From: Callorhinchus milii
Taxonomy: Eukaryota
DNA length: 60,000 nucleotides
Assembly (NCBI RefSeq): GCF_018977255.1
Contig: NW_024704742.1
Coordinates: 87,608,001-87,668,000, forward strand
Reading direction: 5' to 3'
Below are positions 27,995 through 38,675 of the stretch, piece after piece. How positions within the stretch are numbered: the first letter of the stretch is position 1; every line of letters starts with the position of its first letter. A model generated the notes under the pieces. That model did no database searches, was not told the origin of the DNA, and worked only from the letters and a program-made list of their open reading frames with translations. The position numbers and the translations under genes are program-made.

Positions 27995-29621
27995 GTAGGA
28001 TTTGCTGTGCACCCCATTGTTTCACGTTAAGTATACTCGGGCCAGGTGCTGGAGGGCAACAGTGGAATTGTTCCCCAGTTTAAAGGAAAATGGGGTCAAA
28101 ATGTCTTGGAATAGAGCACTCTCTCTCCCCTCTCTCACACACATGAACTCTTCCCCTCCCCTCCCCCCCCCCACACACACATACATAAGCTCTTGAGCAC
28201 ACCACATATAATGTCTCTCTTTCCGACTATCGCATACACACACATGAACTCTCTCTTCCCCCCCACTCCCTCTCTCTTTTCTCCCTCTCTCTCTTTCACA
28301 CGCGCAGATTAGATATGTTTGGTATGGACAGCTGACTAACCATCAGCTGATGTCCCAGAACTTATTGGGACAGGGTCCTGGAGCACTGACCAGTTATCCT
28401 AACCTTGTTACAGGACTGAATGTTTATTTGATGCAGAAACACAAGTATATTAATTTTAGTCAGCCAAGTGTCTGACACCTGCGGAAACCCATCACCATCC
28501 TTAAGAGTATCCAAACCAAACTGTGAATTCCATGAATTGCACCAACACATGGAAATCCCAGAGATGGATTGTTGGAATGGAATGCGCACTCTCTCCCTGG
28601 AGGGACACATCCTGCTTTCCTAATACTGGAAAGCATTAAAGCATTAGACGCATGTTGGCAAGAACCAAGCTTTGGGGACTGTAGACTGTGCGTTGGGGTA
28701 TTGCCATTGATCTCGCTACATTTAATAAACAAGTCATGCAGCCTTGAGTACTACAACAACAACAACAAAATTATGTTTGTATAGCGCCTTTCACGTCGGG
28801 AGGATGTCCCACTACTGACCGTCTCTCATTTGTGGTTTAAACCTAATCCATTTGTTGCAGATTGACCCCAATAATTATCTCCTTTTTACGTACCAGCTAA
28901 ACCCAACATGTTTTCATGTTGGGTTTAGCTGGTGCATCCCATAAGCTTACCCGTCCATGTACAGTGCACTGTATATTGAGAGCAAAAGGATTTACTTTGT
29001 CACTTGCTTTGATTTTCAGAGAAATGAAAGTGACGAGAAGGTAAGATGCTTGTTATATCCTTGCCCCTCTTTACAGCTATGATTTGTTTTTGCCCCAACA
29101 ATTTTAAAGAGTCTTATGCACAATTGTTTAATTAATTATTATTAGGTACAACACATCAAAAAAAATTGCTCACTAAAATCCACGACTGTTTGTGTGACAC
29201 TGCTGTGCACAATTGGCTGCCATGTTTCATCCACAAAATATACAGTCAATTCACTTTATAGTATGTTCTGTGAAGCACTTTGAGACATCTCATTGACACG
29301 ATAAGGCGCTCTGTGAAATGCAAAAGCAAGGATTATTATTATTAAACTTCATCGCCCTCAATTTCCCAGCAGATCAATTTCAAGATCCTCACTTTTACCT
29401 ACAAATCCCTGTACATGCTCAGCTTCCTCCTTTTATGACCTTCTCCAGGCTCAGACTCAGTTTGTATATTTAGAAAATATCAGACCCTTATATTACACAG
29501 ACAAGCATATCCTGTGGATATTATGAGACCTAGCATCTGTAACTTATGGAGAATATTAGACTCTGTACATGAGAGAGTATCAGATTCTTTGCATATTATA
29601 GAGATTATTTCAGACTATATA

Positions 29622-30473
29622 CAATAAAACTCATATAAGTTGTGGAGTCCTGTAGCTCAGTGGTTAGAGCACTCGCCTTGCAAGCGAGAGACCTGGGTTC
29701 CAGGCAGGGCGAAACATTGGGCAAGTTTCCTTACTCCACAAACCTGATAATAATCCCTCAATAAAAAAACCTAATAGTAAATGGTCACTTTATTCCACAA
29801 CTGTTTGTGGGACACTGCTGTGTGCAATTGGCTGCTGTGTTTCGCCCACAATCAATTTGCTTTACGGTATATTCTGTGAACTGCTGCGAGACATCTAGAA
29901 GATGTGAAAAGCGCTATATCGAATGCAAGGATTAGTATTATCATTCGGGACTTAATTTAATTTAATATGACTTATGTGAAATACAAGTTGAAAACTAAGT
30001 CGTATAAAAGCAAATTTAATCAATAATTTACACTACCCATGTATAATTGAACGCAGCTGGTGAGTGTGCATGTGGTGACAGATCAAAACTAAGCTTCCTG
30101 CGATTCAATGCATCTTGACCTATCACCACATGGTCAACTTGCCGGCAAGCATTGGAATTGCATTGACGCGGGAAATGAAGTTCTTCTGCGCATGTGTCGA
30201 TGGGTCAAGACTGCAATTCCCGCGCTTCAATGTAGCCGGCTGGAAAGTGAGAATACATCAACGGTCAGGACGTCATTTCCCGTGATTCGATGCAGCTGGT
30301 AAGTGCGTAAGTAATGGAGATAGGGGAGCAGCAGCAGATGAGTTAGGAGGTGAATAAAACAAGTAGTGCAAATAAATGTAAGTAGTTTTGATAGGAAACT
30401 GAATGGGACTCAGGTGAATGCACGACTTGTGATTTTACAATTTATAAAGATAAGACTTATGTAAGTTTTACTG
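29622..30473. mobile_element. non-autonomous Tc1/mariner (Tigger-like) DNA element
   Basis: Imperfect terminal inverted repeats TA|CAATAAAACTCATATAAGT ... ACTTATGTAAGTTTTACTG|TA with TA flanks, and a partly self-complementary, CpG-containing interior. Confidence 0.65.
29641..29942 (+). mobile_element. full-length tRNA-derived SINE nested in a MITE
   Basis: Same head, core and tail as the other copies. Sits just inside the left terminal inverted repeat of the 29622-30473 element. Confidence 0.9.
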
Positions 30474-31198
30474 TATATCATAGAGAATATCAGATTCTGT
30501 GTATACTATAGAGAATATTAGACTGTATACATAGAGAATATCACGCTCTGTGTATTTTAAAGAAAATATCAGACGTCAGCCTAGTTCAGTTGGTAGTACT
30601 CTTGCCTCTGGGTCAGAAGAATGTTGGTTCATGTTCCATGTCTCACGGTGGGACTTTGAGCTCATTGTTTAGGCAGACACAGTACAATGTTGGGGGAGCT
30701 TTGCACCGTTGGAAGTGCCGTACTTCGGATGAATCTTTGAACCAGATATCATCTGCTTGTTAAAGATTCCATGGCAATATTTAAAAAGGAAAGGCTTTCT
30801 CCTGGTGCTGTGGCCAACAATTACCCCTCTCAAATAAAAATGACAATTTATTTTAATGCTTTTTGTGGGATATTGCTACGTGCAAATTGGCTGCCATGTT
30901 CGCTTGCGAATGCACAGGCATTACACTTAACAGTAAATCCTGTGAAGCGCTTTGAGATCTTTCAACAATGTGATAAAAGCACTATAAAAGTGCTTTTGAT
31001 CACCCTCCTTTCCCCCTTGGACTCCACCCTCCGCAATCCCAACCCCCAGCTTGGGACGTCCTCCCAACATGAAAGGCGCTATACAAATTTTGTTGTTGTT
31101 GTATATTAACTGCAAGGATTAAAACATCAAACCCTGTGTATGTCATAGAGATCAGAAGACTCTGTATGTTAGAGAATAGTGGACTGTATATTGTGTTA

Positions 31199-31374
31199 TA
31201 AACTCCTGATAACTCACCACTCCAAAGGAAAAGGCCTAGTGATGAGTTATCAGGAGAGGCGAGTTAGGCATATGTAAAAATCCACAAATAAATATGGCCG
31301 GGATATAGACAGAATGATGACTTGAGGGATGGTGACAAATTAAGCCGGGGTCAAGTTATCAGGAATTTACTGTA
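31199..31374. mobile_element. Tigger-like MITE
   Basis: Inverted termini TAAACTCCTGATAACT ... AGTTATCAGGAATTTACTG|TA. A related partial copy at 34852-34929 runs into the assembly gap. Confidence 0.7.
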
Positions 31375-33989
31375 TTATAGAGAATAGTATGCTGCACAGA
31401 ATCCTGCAAAAGATTCTAACCTGCCTTATAAATGAGTTTGCTGGTCAGCACTTCCAATGTATATTGCATTATGTGAACCGTGAGTTCAAAGTTCCCAATG
31501 AGGTGAGAGTGCTACCAACAGAGCCTGGAAGAGTCAATGGCCTGAAATTACAATTACAGTGGTCAGAAAGCTATGGGACGTCTAACGTGGACGGAAATAT
31601 CGATTTTGAAATTCCGGATTGAATCCAAAAGTGAAGCATCTACTCTTGAATCTCGCATTTCTGGTAAGTTTAAATTACATGTTCTCTTTTCAGAGAAAAA
31701 AACCTTATATATAAATTGATTGTATAAACGTACACCCAAAAATGTTTTTGAAGTCTCTAATACACTTACAAATTCTACACTAAACTTTAGGGCATAGTTG
31801 CAACACATCTACTTTTCTAGTTGCTTCAGAAATTGTTTCTGTGGCTGTAGTCACCTGTTTCACAGTTAAAACTCCCTTTTTTGTGTTCTCTCAGATGAGT
31901 GTCGTTTTCTAGCTACACTCCATCCACCTCAGAGCTCAGAGACTACACATGGATATGTCAGGAGGCTCAGAAACTGCTGGCAATGACAAGGATTTGTCAC
32001 TGACAAACATCTGCCAAGGGAGGGTAGGCAAGAGGATCCACTGGCTGCAGTGCATCTTTATGGAATCTGCTGAAACATCTTGAAGCCTTGCAGACGAGAT
32101 ATGCCAGCCACAAGAAGCACGTACGTGCCTTCTCCACGATCACTTTGTCCCCCTCAACATCCCCGAGCCTTGTGGAGGGAGAGTGCTTGTTCAGTTGAAC
32201 CAAGCGCAGTGTCATTGTGTCACCAGCAGCTCATGTTATGCTGTACTGTTGCACTTCACCTTATCGATAGCTCATTCATGAGGGCAATGTCTGGATGTCT
32301 TTTCATTTGAAACTGATGGTAGTGGGAATTACAAACTCACTGCTAAGGGCAAAATACGCCACTCTGTTGGCCTTTAATAGTGTGTTTGTACTGTAAAATG
32401 TTATACAATTGGACAGGTTTGTTTCAGTCAGTCTGTTCACTGCTCTGATGAGTACCGAGTTACCCTCAATCATTCTGCTCTGGGATGTTTCCATTCAGAG
32501 GTTTGTGAAGGTAGCTGTTTTGAAGGCCTTCCCACAGGAGTTTATTCACATGAAGTACTTCAGAGCACTGTACAGTAGTGAATATATTTATAGTTATCAA
32601 AGAAGAACTTGCATTTTTATAGTGCCTACAATGTCGAACAACTCAAAGCCCTTCTCAGGAACCCCTTTGTCTATTGTAGTGATTGTTTCCATTACAGCTG
32701 CACAGCTTATTTCACAGAATATATTATTCTCCTGTAATAATTTCCAGTGCTCACAGTAAAAGACTGACTTGTGCCTCCAGTCTATTCTTTCAAACTCAGT
32801 TCATACATTGGCTGACCCTTTCACTACAGTGGCCTCTCTGCCTCTGAGGTGAAGCAATTCGAGCCATAAATTTAATGATGAGCAAAGAATAATCCTCAAG
32901 AGTATTCACACAACACACATACATGGACTGGCACAAGGTGGAGATAAAAGACAAAAACTGAGAATGAGAATGTTGGAAATATGAAACAAAAACGATAAAG
33001 CACGAGAAACATTAAAGCAATCCTTGCATTAGATATAGCGCCTTATCACGTCTTTGGGACGTCTCAATGCGCTTCACAGAATATACTGTAAACTATATTT
33101 TGTGGGTGACACACGGCAGCCAATTTCGCACAGCAGTGTCCCACAAGCAGTCATGGATTGAGTGAATTGGCCAATCAGTGGTGTGGGTTAAGTGATAAGA
33201 CATAGACCGATTGCTGATAGTGTATTTGGCTTTTTATTTGTTCGTTTAGCAGTTCGCTTGGGTTAGTTGCCAGGCAGGTAATATTGAACTCTTTTTCGTG
33301 CCACTGCAGCAAGTAGTGGTAAACTGTTCGGCTGACCTTGTAAATGATTTTAGTGGAAATAACAGAAGGTGGCGCTAATATCATGGTGTGTTGAACTCTT
33401 CGTGCTTTGGTTTCTCTGACATTTGCCATTGATTTTCCTTTCGGGAGTTGTGTAAAATCGTAGGACACAGGTGACCTGACAAATAACACTGGATGAAAAA
33501 CTGCTCAGCCCACCCTAATAGTGTAGTGGATAGAGCTGTGGCTTAAGGACCAATTTGCTGGTTCTTGTCTCAGACACAACTCAACAAGAGCTATACCAGG
33601 AACGTGAAAAGCACTATATCAATAATTATATATATCTATTTATAGATTAAAGCTCCCATGGCACTACTCAATAAGAGAAGGGAATTTCTCCCAATGTCCA
33701 GCCAACAATCCACCGCTTAAAATTGTTCATTCACTCCTAGTTGTTTCTGGGACATTGCTGTGTACAAATTAGTTATCACTAGACTTCACAGTAAATCCTG
33801 CGAAATGTTGGGACATTTATGAGACAAGACTCTATATTAAATGTAAGGTTTATTATTTCAGATATGAAAGCAGAAGCTAAAAGTTAATTTCATGAGTTAC
33901 TCCTTTCATATTCAGCTGAACACGATGTAGAATTAAATCAGCTGTATAAAATAGATCATTTCCAAGCAGATTAAAACATTCCAGTCTCA

Positions 33990-34211
<222 letters not shown>

Positions 34212-34929
34212 TTAAAGGATACATGTTTAAAGCAAAATCAGTTCTGCAATTGCACATCAGTCAAATAATAAAACACAAATTACATGACTTCAACTCAGAT
34301 TCTTTCCATTCTAGAGCCTGTTCTATATCATCCAAGCTTATTATTGCTTTGAGATTGCAGTAAAGTACAAAGAACCATTTATGATTGATTGATATGAGTG
34401 TCTCTTCTCCTCCAACCTACTGATAATAGTCTAGCATTGCAACTACTGCATTTTTATCTCACATTCCATAGCTACACAAAGTCCTTTTTTGCCAGCTGTA
34501 CCATTTACATAAAGCAGATAGCATATCTAGTTGCTTCAGTGATAAGTAACTAGATAGGTGGTCATGCAGCTCACACACTCTGGAATTGCTAACTTGCACT
34601 TATACAGTGTCTTTCAAACAGAACAAATGTTTCAAACTGCTAAATTATGATAGGGAGAACCTATCACCTACCATGTATACTTAACCTAACACAGTTAATC
34701 CAGAGACAATAAAGAGTGGACTCCAGATATGAACAATGTCATTTTGGATTCTTATCATGGTTCACATTTAAGAAAAGCCAGATTGTTTGGGGCAAGCATT
34801 GAGAATTCTAGAAATTGTGCATTGGAAACCAAGAGCAAGCTTTTGTTAAATGCAGTACATGCTTGATAACGTGTCATTCCAAGTGAAAAGGGTTCAATGA
34901 CAAGTTATCAGGAGGGTGAGTTGGGCATA

Positions 34930-34954
34930 NNNNNNNNNNNNNNNNNNNNNNNNN
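34930..34954. other. assembly gap (25 N)
   Basis: Run of N. The true size is unknown. Confidence 1.
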
Positions 34955-35450
34955 TCCAAAATTCTGCACCAATCTTAAAAATACAGACGGTAATAAGGCC
35001 AAGGCTATGAGGAAATTTGAGCTTCTCAATCGGAAAATAAAATAAAAATGTTTTAAAACGGTGCAGGCCTGCCTCCGTGGCTCGCTTGGTAAGAGTGACG
35101 CTAAGTGATGCTTGAAGACTTTCCTCTTTGACTGTGCCTCCCCCCTTGCCCCATACTATGACTCAATCTACGACTGTTTGTGGGATGCTGCTACTCGTAA
35201 TTCGCTGCCACGTTTCGCTCATCAATCCATTTTAAAATATATTCTGTGAGGCGCTTTGAAACGTCTCAATGACGTGATGCACAGATTATTATTAAGTGCT
35301 CTGAGACTCTACCTCACATGCAGAGCACTATATACTCAAGAGCACACAGCATTGTCTATGTTATTCTGTGATGCAAATCAGGAGATTCTTGTTTTGATCC
35401 CTCATGTGTCCTGAGTCAAGGAACTCAGGACAGATGAGGCATCCAAACTA

Positions 35451-35560
35451 CAGGGTGACCAAAAAATCGTGATACCATTTACAATGTCCAAAAAGTCTTA
35501 GAAGAAATTATGATTTTTTTTAGATAATAGGGTAGTTATCACGACTTTTTGGTCACCCTG
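35451..35560. mobile_element. 110-bp mariner-like MITE
   Basis: Terminal inverted repeats CAGGGTGACCAAAAAATCGTGATA ... TATCACGACTTTTTGGTCACCCTG, with TA on the left flank. Confidence 0.8.
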
Positions 35561-37744
35561 TTTGCATGACCTAGTTTGCATGACCTTTAGATTACCCTGT
35601 TTGTTGGCATCACGTTTGCACTGCACACGTTATCATTGTTTGCAGAACTCCTTCCTGCTTAACCACATTCAGATAAATCTGTGCAGGGACACAAGGTCAG
35701 GTATAACACCCCTAACTGTGATGTTAATCTTCTTGCTTTTGTTAACTCTTTGGGTATTTTAATAATATGCAAAAACACAAGTATTTTAACTTGCATTTAT
35801 ATAGCGCCCTTCGTGCAGGGTACCGTCCCAGAGAGCTTGACAGTGGTGGAGTCTGATAACGAGTTGGGGGAGAGGGAGTGGGGAGATGACCATAAGCACA
35901 ATCAAAAAGGAAGGTCTTTAGGCAGTATTTGAAGGTGGACAGGGAGTGGGCAAGGCGAGGGATTGAGGAACAGAGTTCCAGAGTTTCAGGGGTAGTGACT
36001 GAGGCACGGCCATTGATGGTGGAGCGGAGGGGACGAGGGACAAACAGGAGGCTGGAGCCAGTCGAGCAGAAGCAGCAGGTAGTGGAGTGGGGAGTAAGCA
36101 GGTCAGAGAGGTAGGGAGGTTCAAGGGCATGAATGGATTTGAAAACGAGTGAGCAAATCTTTAAATCTTGAATTAGTAGTTATTTATACAAAGTGAATCA
36201 TTTAATCACAAAGCTCATACCAGGCAGGGCAGCAGTGAGGGGTGTTATATCTGACCTCGTGCCTTTGGACTAGGGATAGCGGGACAACAAATTGAGCCTG
36301 GCAGAGGGTGTGTGTGGACGTTGTGTGAACAGGTGCTGGGTGTTTTGTGACTGTTAACATTCACTACCACCATCTGGCCTCAGGGATGAAGAATTGGAGA
36401 TTTTGCAATGGCTGCCCAAACAGGAAACCGTGGCTGTCACCAGCACCATGGAACTGCCCCCCAGCATGAGACATCTGGGGCCAGGAGCAACGGCAACCTG
36501 TGTTTATACAGCATCCTTCATGCATGATAGCGTCTTGAAGAGCTGTACGGGAGCACGGTTAGATGCTGCCACTGTAGGGGGAAGGGGAGGTGACAACAAA
36601 CGCAGTCGAAGAGGTAGGTCTTAAGGTGGGATTTAAAGATAGATGAGAAGAGCCGAAGCAGAGGGATTAAGGCAGGGAATTCCACAGATTGGGGATGTAG
36701 TGGCTGAAACCACAGCCCCCAGAGGTGCTGGAGGATATATATTACCCTAACAGGGAGAAAATTAAAGTATGATCTGCCCCCACGAAGAGGAAATACTGGA
36801 ATAGAGCTCACTTGAGCACTTGGTTACTAGGCTCAGGGTGGGCTTGTTCTGCCCGAGAGGCAATCCGGGCACCTGACTTGCTCGGGGGGTCGTGAAGACA
36901 GGTATCAAGTCCGCATTGTATTTAGACAATTTGGGGCCTAGCGAGTTTGGGATGAGGGTTGGGGGGGGGGGGTTGTCTACAAGGACAGCCCTCGTTGCCT
37001 TGAGGAACACATTTCAGTCTAATTCGCTTAAAGGGGGTAAGTGGGGCATAACTTCACTCAGCAAATTAAAAAAAAGGGAGAAAATTAAAACTGAATGGAC
37101 ACGTACCAAAAAAAAAGCCTTGGAGCCAAGGTCCTCGTAAGTCGGCGTGATGGATTTGGGGTGGGTGTCCTTGGAAGAAAGGCACCTTATGTCCCGAGCT
37201 CCTCTTTAAGAGCAAGTTGCCATTTTGCCTGTGTCTTGCTGACGAGTGCTCCATCCGTGTTTTTTTTAAAATAACTTAAGAGTGTCCAATTATGTTTTTC
37301 TAATATTTCTCCCCATGGATACACACCTCTGCCCCTTCTAGACATCTCAAAGTGCTTCACAGAATATACTGTAAAGTGAATTGACTGTATATTTGTAGGT
37401 GAAAGCACAAATGAAAGGAACCACAATCTTGCAGGATATTGAACTACTTTGGAGTGTACTTGCTTTCAAAATGCTGTTTTTTGAAGCTTCTCTAATTGAA
37501 CACTGCAATTGTATAAACATGACACAAAATGGTGCTTATCAGAAGATACATAAGCATCTCTGTTTTCAGGAAAGAAATGAGAATTGGAATAAAATTGGAA
37601 AGTTACTGAACTGAATTGCTGTACTTGTGATTCCACTCTGCCAAATAAACACAAAAGTTTGTTTAAAGAATGGAAACCTAAAGGTCATCACTGGCACAAA
37701 TCAGACATCGAAATGTCCCTTTGAACCTGTTATTTAATCCCATC

Positions 37745-38675
37745 TTGGCTACACTTTACACCACCCCCCTCCCCAACCAATGTGGCGGTGGACTGGCCCT
37801 CATTTCCCAAACTTCACTTGGTCTATCCTCCTATTCCTCTAGCTGTTTCTTCTCCTTTGAGCACCTTACCCTCCACCATCCCTCCTCTCTCTCCCTCAAA
37901 ATCCTCCTAGTTTACCATCCCCCAATCCTCCTGGCTCCTTCCTCACTGATATCTCCTCTTCTCCCATCCCTGTTCCTCTGCACTGAACACCTGCTCATAA
38001 TGGGTGATTTCAACCTCCACTTAAACTCTCCACCTCCTCGGATTTCACTGCCCTCCTCTTCTCCCTAAACCTCACACTCCACATTAACTCATCGACTCAC
38101 AACCGTGGCCACCCCCTCGACCTCGTAATCACATATGACCTTAACATTTCCGACCTCTATCACGGACAAGGCCATCTCGGATCACTTCCTCATCTCCCTC
38201 TCTTCCTGCATCCCCCTCCCCTCTTCCAAGCCCGCCACCATTTTTTCCACCCCTGGAAGAAGCTTCCCCCTGAATCCCTCACAAATGCCCTCTCTTCCTT
38301 GGAACTCTTCTCTCTCTGGTTCTCCACCCACAGTGATCCTGATGCAGTCATCAAGCTGCTGAATGACCGTCTCTCCATAACCTTCAATTGCCTGGCTCCC
38401 CTGAAATCCAGGGTTGTTTCCAAATCAACCCACTCCCCCTGGTACAACAGTCATCTCCGCTCACTCAAAACACAAACCTGGATGCTCGAGCGCAGATGGC
38501 AGAAATCCAACGTTAAGATTCACGGCCAGCTGTGGCTCGAGCATCTCCACACCTACCCCTCTCCCTTTCACAGAGCAAAACTGACTTTTACTCCAAAGTC
38601 ATCCTGTAGACAAACAACAATCCAAACACGCTGTTTCCCACCATCCATCACCTCCTTTATGCACCCCCTCAAGTT
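37745..38675 (+). mobile_element. L2-clade LINE fragment (endonuclease region), degenerate
   Basis: C/T-rich strand with motifs GGGLALI, MGDFNLH, GHPLDLVIT, ISDHFLI and PWYNSHLRSLK spread across frameshifted frames. Confidence 0.85.
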
